Source: Pyrinomonadaceae bacterium
GTDB taxonomy: Bacteria > Acidobacteriota > Blastocatellia > Pyrinomonadales > Pyrinomonadaceae
Assembly (NCBI GenBank): GCA_036498585.1
Contig: DASYFE010000218.1
Location: forward strand, 4,094-68,093
DNA length: 64,000 nucleotides
Direction: 5' to 3'
The position numbers were made by a program, and so were the translations under genes. Numbering within the stretch: position 1 is the stretch's first letter; the number at the start of each line of letters is the position of its first letter. The notes below the pieces were generated by a model. The model saw only the letters and a program-made list of their open reading frames with translations, was not told the origin of the DNA and ran no database searches. Shown piece by piece: positions 9,407-17,509 of the stretch.

Positions 9407-10399
9407 TGGAATGGTGATTGTGAAGGTCGAGCCCCGGTTGATTTCGCTTTCGACTTTCACGGATCCGGCGCGAGCTTCCACTGTGGTTTTGACGACGTCG
9501 AGGCCGACGCCGCGGCCCGAGATTTCGGATACTTGGGATGCGGTGGAATAGCCGGGTTGGAAGAGTAGGCCGGAGGCGATTGTTTGCGGATCGATACCGC
9601 GGCCGTCGTCCGTCACGCTGATTTTGAGTTGATCTTCGTCGTTCGTGGCCGAGATAGTGATCGTTCCCCGTGATTCAATCCCGTGATGAACTGCGTTGCG
9701 AACCATATGGATCAAGCAATCCGCGATTGCGTCGTCCAATGGAATCTCGACGCCGCGCAGGTTGAAGTTGATGTCCTTGCCTAGCGTGGTTGCTGCCGAT
9801 TCTCCTGCGCGCACGATTCGATCCCACAGGTTACTTTCCGGTTTAAAGATTGGTTCGACGCTGACGTTGGGCGCGAGCTCGAGGTTTTCAGATTGTGTTG
9901 CGTAAAGGATCCGGAAGTTGATCTTCTCGTTTTCCACCTTCGGAGCGACGGATATCACCTCGCCGTTGAGGCTCAGTCTCGCTTTCAAATTCTGAAACTG
10001 TTGATCGAAGTCCGACTGGTCGAAGCTCGTCTGGACGAGAAAGAGTTTCGCGCCTTCTTTGAGCGACTGTTTGAGGGCATGTTTTTCTTCTGTCTTAAGG
10101 GAAGTTGATATGTCGTCGGGAATCGGGAGGGTTTCTACGAGGGCTTCCCCGAGTTGTTGTAGTACGTGATTGTCGAGTGTTGATTCGCCGGTGCGTAGCG
10201 AGTGGAGCACGTTTTCGAGCTCGTGAGCGGCGCGGCTCAGGTCAGTCAGACCATCGGCGGCGGCGACTGCCTTGACGTTGTGTACCTGGCGAAAGAGTGC
10301 GTCGAGCTGTTGGCGTGTTGCGGGGCCGTCTGCGGTCGAAGAGCGTAGTTCTGCGAGGGTGGTCTTTATTTGTTCGAGCTTGTCTTCAAGGTCCGACAA
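9395..10399 (-). CDS. Hpt domain + HATPase_c histidine kinase (minimal CheA-like, no CheW-like domain)
   Basis: An Hpt motif FRQVHNVKAVAA places His40 at nt 10280-10282. The CheA-like N box is HMVRNAVHHGIE, G1 is DDGRGID and G2 is GRGVGLD. The TTG start lies 6 nt after the nusB stop. Confidence 0.75.
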   Translation of the reverse strand: MSDLEDKLEQIKTTLAELRSSTADGPATRQQLDALFRQVHNVKAVAAADGLTDLSRAAHELENVLHSLRTGESTLDNHVLQQLGEALVETLPIPDDISTSLKTEEKHALKQSLKEGAKLFLVQTSFDQSDFDQQFQNLKARLSLNGEVISVAPKVENEKINFRILYATQSENLELAPNVSVEPIFKPESNLWDRIVRAGESAATTLGKDINFNLRGVEIPLDDAIADCLIHMVRNAVHHGIESRGTITISATNDEDQLKISVTDDGRGIDPQTIASGLLFQPGYSTASQVSEISGRGVGLDVVKTTVEARAGSVKVESEINRGSTFTITIPKSV

Positions 10400-10405
10400 G
10401 TTTTT

Positions 10406-10894
10406 CTACTCGTCTTCGGCGGGCTCACTCGGTTCTGGCTCAGAGTCTTCCGCTTCGGGTTGGACGTTTTTCTGCGGCTGCTGTTCGTCGAGGTCACGCT
10501 TTATGGCGTCGAGAATGCCGTTGATGAATTGTGTAGCTTCGTAAGTCGAGAACCGGCGCGCGATTTCGAGGGCTTCGTTGATCGCGACGGTGCGCGGCGT
10601 CGGTTCGTACAGAAATTCGTAGACGGCGAGCCGCAGTATATTGCGATCGACCACGGCCATGCGTGAGATGCGCCAGTGCTCGGCGCGCGAGCGAATGCGC
10701 TCGTCGAGCAGCTCGAGATTTGAGAGCGTACGCGCAGCGAGGCGCGTGGCAAATTCCCGCGCTGTGGCGTCGAGGTCAGTTTCTCCAAGCTCAGCCCAGT
10801 AGCTTCGGACGACCTCGTCCGCAGACATTTCGGCAACATCAGCCGCAAAGAGCATTTGCAAGGCGCATTCACGCGCCTTACGTCGCGAACCCAT
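10406..10894 (-). CDS. nusB: transcription antitermination factor NusB
   Basis: The N-terminus MGSRRKARECALQMLFA and the segment AVVDRNILRLAVYEFLY are typical NusB. An acidic C-terminal tail is present. Confidence 0.9.
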   Translation of the reverse strand: MGSRRKARECALQMLFAADVAEMSADEVVRSYWAELGETDLDATAREFATRLAARTLSNLELLDERIRSRAEHWRISRMAVVDRNILRLAVYEFLYEPTPRTVAINEALEIARRFSTYEATQFINGILDAIKRDLDEQQPQKNVQPEAEDSEPEPSEPAEDE

Positions 10895-10916
10895 AAAGTA
10901 TTACCAAAAACTATTT

Positions 10917-11017
10917 AAGCCACAAAAAGGCACAAAGGGAAACAAAGCGCTCTTCTAATATAAATCATTAATGCATTATGTTTCTGCTTCGGTGCCTTTT
11001 GTGCCTCTCTGTGGCTT
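10917..11017. repeat. family-E palindromic repeat (GGCACAAA arrays)
   Basis: AAGCCACAAAAAGGCACAAAGGGAAACAAAGCG pairs with GCTTCGGTGCCTTTTGTGCCTCTCTGTGGCTT. It sits between the nusB start and the ribH stop. Confidence 0.85.
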
Positions 11018-11489
11018 ATTCGAAAGCTTCCTTATAAAGATTTACCAACTCCACCGCCGTCATGGCGGCTTCAAACCCTTTGTTCCCGAGTTTCACACCT
11101 GCACGATCGAGCGCCTGATCGACCGTGTCCGCTGTAACGATTCCGAATACGACCGGCAACCCGCTCGTCAAACCTGCATGTGAGATGCCACGCGCGACCT
11201 CGCTCGCGATGTAATCGAAATGCGGCGTTTGACCACGTATGATCGTGCCGAGACAAATCACTGCGTCAAACTTCCGCGACTGTGCGAGTCGCAACGCCAG
11301 CAGCGGAATCTCGAATGCGCCCGGCACGCGATAAACGCTGACGTTCATGTCCTTCGCGCCGAGCCGCTTCAGACTATCGAGCGCGCCTTCGACGAGTCGA
11401 GCCGAGATCAACTCGTTCCAGCGACTGGCCACGATGGCGAAGCGAAACGCTTCAGCATTGAGACGTCCTTCGTACACCGTTGGCTGCAA
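11016..11489 (-). CDS. ribH: 6,7-dimethyl-8-ribityllumazine synthase
   Basis: The sequence FRFAIVASRWNELISARLVEGALDSL...GAFEIP...GTIIRGQTPHFDYIA is RibH-like. TTG 11489 (GGAG 9 nt upstream) gives the usual length of about 157 aa. Alternative starts are ATG 11555 (ATGA overlap with the upstream stop) and the track start 11606. Confidence 0.85.
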   Translation of the reverse strand: MQPTVYEGRLNAEAFRFAIVASRWNELISARLVEGALDSLKRLGAKDMNVSVYRVPGAFEIPLLALRLAQSRKFDAVICLGTIIRGQTPHFDYIASEVARGISHAGLTSGLPVVFGIVTADTVDQALDRAGVKLGNKGFEAAMTAVELVNLYKEAFE

Positions 11490-11554
11490 CCGATTCGACT
11501 CCGCGAGCTGAATAGTAACTACGTTTCGCAGTATAGGAGATGCTTCCAGACGCA

Positions 11555-11980
11555 TCAAGTTGATGAATTCTGCTGATTGCGATCTGCTATAAGCTTGTTG
11601 AGCCACTCGTTGACGGTGAAAAAGTCCACCTGCATTCGGCGAACTGCATCGTTGGTTACGATCTGGTCACTATTAATTGTGCGCACAGCGCTGCTGAGTT
11701 CACCGATATCTTTGTGTATGGTCTCTTCAAGACGTTTTTGGCCATCTTCAAGACGTTTTTGGCCAGACTGTAACTCAGCAATCTCCGCGACAACCTTGTG
11801 CCAGATCGGACGGGTGTCGTATAGGCGCTCATCAACCTTCTTTTCAAGGCTGTCGACCTTCTTTTCGACGCTCTGAAGTCGAGTGTCAATCTGAGTGACG
11901 TGTGTATCGAGATCTTTGATCGCTGTGAGAATTTCATCGTTTCCGTTCTTTGGTAGTTTCTGTGTGAAGTCTTCGCTCAT
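11555..11980 (-). CDS. hypothetical coiled-coil protein
   Basis: This 141-aa protein has heptad-like, charge-rich sequence (VEKKVDSLEKKVDERL, GQKRLEDGQKRLEE). A strong SD (GGGGAG) lies 6 nt upstream. The gene sits directly upstream of ribH. Confidence 0.6.
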   Translation of the reverse strand: MSEDFTQKLPKNGNDEILTAIKDLDTHVTQIDTRLQSVEKKVDSLEKKVDERLYDTRPIWHKVVAEIAELQSGQKRLEDGQKRLEETIHKDIGELSSAVRTINSDQIVTNDAVRRMQVDFFTVNEWLNKLIADRNQQNSST

Positions 11981-12033
11981 TCATTTCTCCCCTCTGAGAG
12001 CATCCTACCATCTCGATCCCAACTAAGATAGAT

Positions 12034-12068
12034 GCGAAAACGGCTATTTGTTGTCGAAAACGGCTATT
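12034..12068 (-). promoter_or_regulatory. direct repeat, candidate operator upstream of the coiled-coil/ribH/nusB operon
   Basis: CGAAAACGGCTATT occurs twice with exactly a 20-bp period (12035-12048 and 12055-12068), 55-90 nt upstream of the 11980 start. Confidence 0.25.
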
Positions 12069-12073
12069 CTTAC

Positions 12074-12102
12074 GCCGATGAACCTAGACGAGGTTCATCG
12101 GC
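12074..12102 (-). terminator. perfect 11-bp hairpin straddling the hbd stop codon
   Basis: GCCGATGAACC / GGTTCATCGGC with a 7-nt loop. No U-tract follows, so its terminator function is uncertain. Confidence 0.3.
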
Positions 12103-12977
12103 GTGGGGTTTTTGGCGTCCTTGGTGTAGTCGTAGAATCCGCGGCCCGACTTGCGACCGTACAAACCCGCCAGCACCATGCGCTTCAACAATGGCGGCGG
12201 CGCAAAACGCTTCTCGCGAAACTCATTGAACATGATCTCCGCGATGTAGTACGTCGTATCTAACCCCACGAAATCTCCTAACGTAAACGGACCCATCGGA
12301 TATCCACACCCGAGCTTCATCGCGTTGTCAATATCAACAATCGACCCAACACCCTCTTCCAGCGCGCGAATCGCGTCGAGCATGTACGGCACCAGCAGAC
12401 GATTCACGATGAAACCCGTCTTATCACCTGCACGCACCGGAACCTTCCCAAGCTTCTTCCCAAACTCAACCGCCTGCTCGTACACATCGTCATCCGTCAA
12501 AATCGTCTTCACGACCTCAACCAGCTTCATCAACGGCACTGGATTGAAAAAATGCATTCCAATGAAACGACGCTGACGCTCCGCTGACGTCGCCGTCATC
12601 ATCTCCGTGATCGAGAGTGACGACGTATTCGACGCAAAGATAGTCTCGGGTTTGCAGAGCTCGTCCAACTGTTTATACGTGCTGCGCTTCTCGTCGAGGT
12701 TCTCGATAATCGCTTCGATGATGATGTCGCAGTCTGCAAGGTCGTTGAATGAAGTCGTGCCCGACAACCGGCCGCGAATCTCTTTTTGCTGATCGGTCGT
12801 GATCGTCCCCTTCTCGGCAAACCTCGCGAGGGACTTCTCGATACCGCTAAAACCTTTCGCAATCAGATCCTCAGAAACTTCCTTCACGACCGTGTCGAAT
12901 CCAGCCGTGGCCGACACCTGCGCTATACCTGATCCCATGAGTCCGCATCCTAAAACTCCGACTTTCCTGATCTCCAT
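12084..12977 (-). CDS. hbd: 3-hydroxybutyryl-CoA / 3-hydroxyacyl-CoA dehydrogenase
   Basis: It has the Rossmann motif VGVLGCGLMGSGIAQV, the segments HFFNPVPLMKLVEV and GFIVNRLL, and the 3HCDH C-terminal domain. Confidence 0.9.
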   Translation of the reverse strand: MEIRKVGVLGCGLMGSGIAQVSATAGFDTVVKEVSEDLIAKGFSGIEKSLARFAEKGTITTDQQKEIRGRLSGTTSFNDLADCDIIIEAIIENLDEKRSTYKQLDELCKPETIFASNTSSLSITEMMTATSAERQRRFIGMHFFNPVPLMKLVEVVKTILTDDDVYEQAVEFGKKLGKVPVRAGDKTGFIVNRLLVPYMLDAIRALEEGVGSIVDIDNAMKLGCGYPMGPFTLGDFVGLDTTYYIAEIMFNEFREKRFAPPPLLKRMVLAGLYGRKSGRGFYDYTKDAKNPTPMNLV

Positions 12978-13000
12978 TTCTCTCTCCTATAAAAGTTTGA

Positions 13001-14272
13001 TCACGGCGTTCCCGTGTATGTTTTTGCAGCGACCTTCAACCACTCATCGTATTCCTTACGCCAATTCGTATACTCGTCAACCAGCTTTTGGTCCAACACC
13101 GGCGGTCGGTGGGGCGCGTTTTCCGGCGGCGGGTTTGCCTCGGCTGCGGCTGCCGCCAGTCTCGAAAGAATGTCCAGCAATCGAAATCTCAATTCGGCGG
13201 CACGCGCATCGGGCACCGGCGCCTGCATGGCGCTTTGAGTCACCTGCTCGAGATTAGACAAGTCGTTGGTATGAATCACCGCCGAAACTTTTTCCTGAAC
13301 CCCGTTCATCGCATTCACATAGTTCAGAAAAAGCGCGTTCCCATTTGGCGTGGCGCGTGCGAACCCCGGTATCGGACGACTAAAATTTCTTACGACTTTG
13401 TACGCTCCAAACGCGATCGCAACCAAACACACGACCTGCAACGCTCGCCATGCCGTCGTCACACTCGCACGCGCTCCCGGTCTCCGATAATCGATAACCA
13501 ACGCCAGTAAAGCGCCGGTGAAGAGCCCCGCCAGGTGCGCGGCATTGCTGATAACGCTGCGCCCTAAAAAACCAATGAACAAATTTATGAAGATGATCGG
13601 CAACAGGCCCGTGCCAAACACGCGCCTGAATCCTTCTGGAAGCTCGCGCCGGTACTTAATGCCGAACACAAACAAAACGCCGACGAGTCCAAAGAGGGCT
13701 CCGGAAGCCCCCGCTGAAGGCGCGTCGACGCTTTTGAAAATAAAGCTGCCCAACAGTCCGCGAGCAAGCGACGGCTGCAGCGCGAGATAACTTCCCACCG
13801 TGCCCGCAATGCCCGTCAGCACGTAGAACACAACGAACTTCGCCGAACCGTAAAGCTTCTCGACAAACGGTCCAATTATCAGCAGGCTGAACATGTTCAT
13901 CACGAGGTGCAGTAACTCGATGTGAACAAACATCGGTGTGATGAAGCGCCACCACTGATTAATCGGCGGATTGATCAGGTAGTTGAGCTTTGCGCCGTAT
14001 GTGACCAGGACTGTTTCAGGAAAGACCTGTCCCAGCGCGCTGAACGTGAGCCCGCTCGATTCCCACATCAGTAGAAACACGAACAGGTTGACGACGAAGA
14101 ACGCGATCGTAAACTTGTACGGCCGACTCAGAACGGCGCGAGCGAAGCGGATCGTTTCGCGGTCCGGCGGGCGTGGACCAGCGTGAGCGGTGGGTTGTGT
14201 AGCGGTTGATGCGCCGCAGACGCCGCATTGAGTTTCACCGGCGCCGACGATTGCCCCGCAACTACGGCACAT
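13001..14272 (-). CDS. rhomboid family intramembrane serine protease with N-terminal zinc ribbon
   Basis: It starts MCRSCGAIVGAGETQCGVCG (CxxC...CxxC). The rhomboid motifs are HLVMNM, GASGALFG (catalytic Ser) and AHLAGL (His). A soluble C-terminal tail of about 150 aa follows. I prefer ATG 14272 over the track start 14335. Confidence 0.8.
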   Translation of the reverse strand: MCRSCGAIVGAGETQCGVCGASTATQPTAHAGPRPPDRETIRFARAVLSRPYKFTIAFFVVNLFVFLLMWESSGLTFSALGQVFPETVLVTYGAKLNYLINPPINQWWRFITPMFVHIELLHLVMNMFSLLIIGPFVEKLYGSAKFVVFYVLTGIAGTVGSYLALQPSLARGLLGSFIFKSVDAPSAGASGALFGLVGVLFVFGIKYRRELPEGFRRVFGTGLLPIIFINLFIGFLGRSVISNAAHLAGLFTGALLALVIDYRRPGARASVTTAWRALQVVCLVAIAFGAYKVVRNFSRPIPGFARATPNGNALFLNYVNAMNGVQEKVSAVIHTNDLSNLEQVTQSAMQAPVPDARAAELRFRLLDILSRLAAAAAEANPPPENAPHRPPVLDQKLVDEYTNWRKEYDEWLKVAAKTYTGTP

Positions 14273-14377
14273 TGTTGGCCGGCCGGGGTTGGTTTGGTTG
14301 GATTGACTTTCGGACAACGAGCAGAAGACTAACAAGCGTGATGCTTCGTACGCAAAGCATCACGCTGCAAGTCGTTT

Positions 14378-14442
14378 CACAGGATTAACAAGATGCGACA
14401 TGATTTACATGTTAATCCTGAAAAATCTTGAAAATCCTGTCT
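14378..14442. repeat. family-D repeat (ATCCTG arrays)
   Basis: CACAGGATTAACAAGAT ... TTAATCCTGAAAAATCTTGAAAATCCTGTCT. Confidence 0.8.
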
Positions 14443-14450
14443 ATAACTGA

Positions 14451-14987
14451 CTAGCCCATCTTCTGAAGCATGTTCACAAGGTCGTCGGCGTGTTCCTCTT
14501 CAACGGCAAGAATTTCTTCCATCAGCCGTCTCGAGGTCACATCCTGGTTGCCGAAATACGTAATCAGCTCGCGATAACTGTCGATCGCGATACGCTCGGC
14601 AACGAGATCCTCCTTGATCATGTCGATGAGCGTCGTTCCTTCGACGTACTCCGCATGACTACGTGTCAGAAGTCCTTCGGGGTTGAAGTCCGGCTCACCT
14701 TGTAACTGCACGATCCGATGCGCAATCTGGTCGGCGTGGCCCTGTTCTTCGTTTGCGTGCTGTAGAAACTCGGCGGCAACGCTTTCCGCATTGATGCCGG
14801 AGGCCATGAAATAATGGCGACGGTACCGGAGCACACAAACGATCTCCGTTGCGAGCGCTTCGTTCAAAAGTTTGATTACGGTTTCGCGGTCCGCGCTATA
14901 GCCTGATGTGACAGCACCATTCTCGATGTGTTGTCGGGCGCGTTCGCGCAAAGTTTTGATATCAGTGAGAAATGGTTGATCAGCCAC
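14451..14987 (-). CDS. ferritin-like (bacterioferritin/Dps-like) protein
   Basis: Di-iron-type motifs are present: EALATEIVCVLRY, EEQGHADQIAHRI and EEEHADDLVNML. GTG 14987 has AGGAG 7 nt upstream. The track start is TTG 15005. Confidence 0.7.
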   Translation of the reverse strand: MADQPFLTDIKTLRERARQHIENGAVTSGYSADRETVIKLLNEALATEIVCVLRYRRHYFMASGINAESVAAEFLQHANEEQGHADQIAHRIVQLQGEPDFNPEGLLTRSHAEYVEGTTLIDMIKEDLVAERIAIDSYRELITYFGNQDVTSRRLMEEILAVEEEHADDLVNMLQKMG

Positions 14988-15050
14988 GAGCTCACTCCTC
15001 TGCAATATGAATTTAGGGGAGCCCGGATCTTAACACAGATCAGAACAGAA

Positions 15051-15090
15051 TTCTCTGCGGCCCTCTGCGTATCTCTGCGACCGCAGAGAA
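15051..15090. repeat. family-B short palindrome (CTCTGCG arrays)
   Basis: TTCTCTGCGGCCCTCTGCGTATCTCTGCGACCGCAGAGAA. Confidence 0.8.
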
Positions 15091-15098
15091 AATCAAAA

Positions 15099-17078
15099 TT
15101 AGGGCGCTACCGAAAGCTTGCCGCGCACTTTCAACTCTGTTGGCGCATTCGCATCACTCGTCACCTCGACCGGTACTTGCCACACGAGCGTTTTAATCCG
15201 ACATGTGCCGGTGTTGTCTTCACGACAGTAAAACAACGTGACTTGCGCGCGAATAGTCGCCGAGCCGTTAGCAGTCGCATTTAGTGGCACACGCACCGGA
15301 AGCTTCAGATCTTTACTGGAGCGTGCGGCAGTCTTCTCATCGACCGCCAAATTCTTCCCGTCAACAGAAACTTTGTAACGCTGCGGCGCGAGCGGATTCA
15401 GGTGGTAGCCTTCGGGTAGCTCGACGTCGATCTGAAGCGCGCCATCCGCGCCTGCACGAAGCTTCTGCGCTGCGACTTTGATCTCTTCAGCATTTGGACC
15501 AGACGCCGTTTCCAGCGCCTGCACGTTTTTCATCGGCGGCGTGAGACCGTTGATCTTCAACGTGCTCGCACGCTTTGTTTTTAGATCGACGACGCGAATC
15601 GCGTGATTGTTTGTGTCGGCGACGTAGAGATTTCCGTTCGCGAGCGCCAGTCCGGCGGGTTCGTAAAACGAAGGCGCTGCCCCATCTGACTGTCCGGGCT
15701 TTCCGGTGCCGAGCAGGCTCGTGACTTTCTCCGCTTTCGGATCGAGCTCTTTGATCTTGTGATTGTAAGTGTCGGCGATCAGGAGTTTGTCACCGTAAGT
15801 TAGGAGACCGAGCGGATGTTGCAGTCGCACATCGTCACCGTTGCCGTCAACATCGCCAAACTCAAACAGATCGCCGCCCACGAGAGTCTTCACTGAACGT
15901 CCGGCAAGATCGATCTCGCGAATGATGTTCGACTCAGCGTCAGCGACGTAAAGTTTCTTGCCGTCGGTCGCCATGCCGGAAGGTTGTGCGAAGCCTGCTT
16001 CGAGAACCCGACCATCAATACGTGCTTCGCGACCCGAGCCGGCGAAAGTCGAGACCTCGTTCTTGTCGAGATCGAGCTGCCAGATTTGGTGTGGACCAGC
16101 CATCGCGATGTAGAGGACGCGATCGACGAGTTGCAAATCCCACGGCGAGCTCAGAGCAATCGACCGCGCGGGTCCGACTTTGAAATACTCGCGCGATTGC
16201 TGGCCGGTGCCGGCGATCGTTTCGACGTTGCGTGATTTCAGATCGACACGCCGAATCAAATGGTTTTCAGTGTCAGCGACGTAGAGACTATCACCGGCGA
16301 GCGCCATGCCCTGCGGACGATAGAAAGTCGCTTTGTCGAATGCGCCGTCAGCAGCGCCGGCGTCGCCTGTGCCGATAGTATCGACTAGCGTACCGTCGAG
16401 TTTCGTGACCACAATGCGGTTGTGATTGGAGTCGGCGATAAAGAGTCGATCAGTCTTCGCGTCTGCGAGAATCTTTCCGGGAAAGGCGAGCGGCAGCTCC
16501 CCGACTTTGGCGCGTTCGAGAACGAGTTTCAAAGGCTCTTCATTTAGCTCGCCTTTGCTGCGAAAGTCTGTAACAAGTTTCGCGACCGTTTGATCGATGA
16601 CGTCGTAATTGCCTTCGCCGGAAACGCCGCCGACGATGTAACCCGCGGGATCGATCAGCACCTGCGTGGGCCAGGCGCGCACGCCGTAACTCTGCCAGAC
16701 CGCGTATTCCGAATCGTTGTAAACCGGATGCTCGATCTCGTAGCGCAGAATGATGCGACGGATGTTCTCCGTCTCCTTTTCGTTCTGAAACTTGGCGGAG
16801 TGAACGCCGATCACCACGAGCTGGCCCGCGTATTTCGCTTCAAGCTTCTTCAGATCGGGAATAATGTGGATACAGTTGATGCAGCCGTAGGTCCAGAAAT
16901 CGAGTAGGACGATTTTGCCTTTCAAACCGGCGAGCGAGAGCGGCTTGTCAGTGTTGAGCCAGCCCTGGCCGCCGGTGATTTCCGGAGCGCGAACTTTTGG
17001 TCGTTCTTGTGCAGACATGGAGATACCCTGAGCTATCAAAATCAAAACTAATACAACCACGGATTTTACGGATTTCAT
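15099..17078 (-). CDS. thioredoxin-like (redoxin) domain + NHL-repeat protein (NHLRC2-like), secreted
   Basis: It has a signal peptide (MKSVKSVVVLVLILIAQGISMSAQ), the motif LLDFWTYGCINCIH (CxxC) and repeated NHL-type units (LYVADTxNHxIR). Confidence 0.85.
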   Translation of the reverse strand: MKSVKSVVVLVLILIAQGISMSAQERPKVRAPEITGGQGWLNTDKPLSLAGLKGKIVLLDFWTYGCINCIHIIPDLKKLEAKYAGQLVVIGVHSAKFQNEKETENIRRIILRYEIEHPVYNDSEYAVWQSYGVRAWPTQVLIDPAGYIVGGVSGEGNYDVIDQTVAKLVTDFRSKGELNEEPLKLVLERAKVGELPLAFPGKILADAKTDRLFIADSNHNRIVVTKLDGTLVDTIGTGDAGAADGAFDKATFYRPQGMALAGDSLYVADTENHLIRRVDLKSRNVETIAGTGQQSREYFKVGPARSIALSSPWDLQLVDRVLYIAMAGPHQIWQLDLDKNEVSTFAGSGREARIDGRVLEAGFAQPSGMATDGKKLYVADAESNIIREIDLAGRSVKTLVGGDLFEFGDVDGNGDDVRLQHPLGLLTYGDKLLIADTYNHKIKELDPKAEKVTSLLGTGKPGQSDGAAPSFYEPAGLALANGNLYVADTNNHAIRVVDLKTKRASTLKINGLTPPMKNVQALETASGPNAEEIKVAAQKLRAGADGALQIDVELPEGYHLNPLAPQRYKVSVDGKNLAVDEKTAARSSKDLKLPVRVPLNATANGSATIRAQVTLFYCREDNTGTCRIKTLVWQVPVEVTSDANAPTELKVRGKLSVAP

Positions 17079-17416
17079 ACGGATGGTTCTTCGAGCAGTT
17101 GATCGACGCGCTCAATCGCACGTCTTAAATGGGGAATTGTGATCGAGCCGCCGACTACGAGCGCCACGTTGAATGCGTCGAGAAACTCTTCACGATTTAT
17201 GCCGATCTCCGCGCATTGTTTGATGTGATACGTGATGCAGTCGTCGCAGCGCAGCACAGCCGACGCGACGAGGCCCATCAGCTCTTTGGTCTTCTTGTCG
17301 AGCGCGCCGTCTTCATAAGCCTGTGTGTCGAGTGCGAAAAAACGTTTGATGCCGAGGTGATTGCTGCCGAGCAGCTTCTCGTTCATCGCCGCGCGATAGC
17401 GGTCAAACTCATCCAT
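17075..17416 (-). CDS. carboxymuconolactone decarboxylase / AhpD-like family protein
   Basis: The sequence LVASAVLRCDDCITYHIKQC carries an AhpD-like CxxC. Its stop overlaps the downstream Trx-NHL gene start by 4 nt. Confidence 0.8.
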   Translation of the reverse strand: MDEFDRYRAAMNEKLLGSNHLGIKRFFALDTQAYEDGALDKKTKELMGLVASAVLRCDDCITYHIKQCAEIGINREEFLDAFNVALVVGGSITIPHLRRAIERVDQLLEEPSV

Positions 17417-17456
17417 TGCGTGCGCCCTTTCAGTTGACGGAATGAGACCATTGTAC

Positions 17457-17487
17457 GATCCGTCTGCATCCGTGCAAATCCGTGGCT
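17457..17487. repeat. family-C half element
   Basis: GATCCGTCTGCATCCGTGCAAATCCGTGGCT. Confidence 0.8.
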
Positions 17488-17509
17488 AATATTTTAACCT
17501 TTACGCCTC

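Noticed and set aside
11981-12083. An FMN riboswitch upstream of the ribH-containing operon.
   Set aside because: The region is about 100 nt and is occupied by a direct repeat and the hbd 3' hairpin. I could not find any of the conserved FMN-element sequence.
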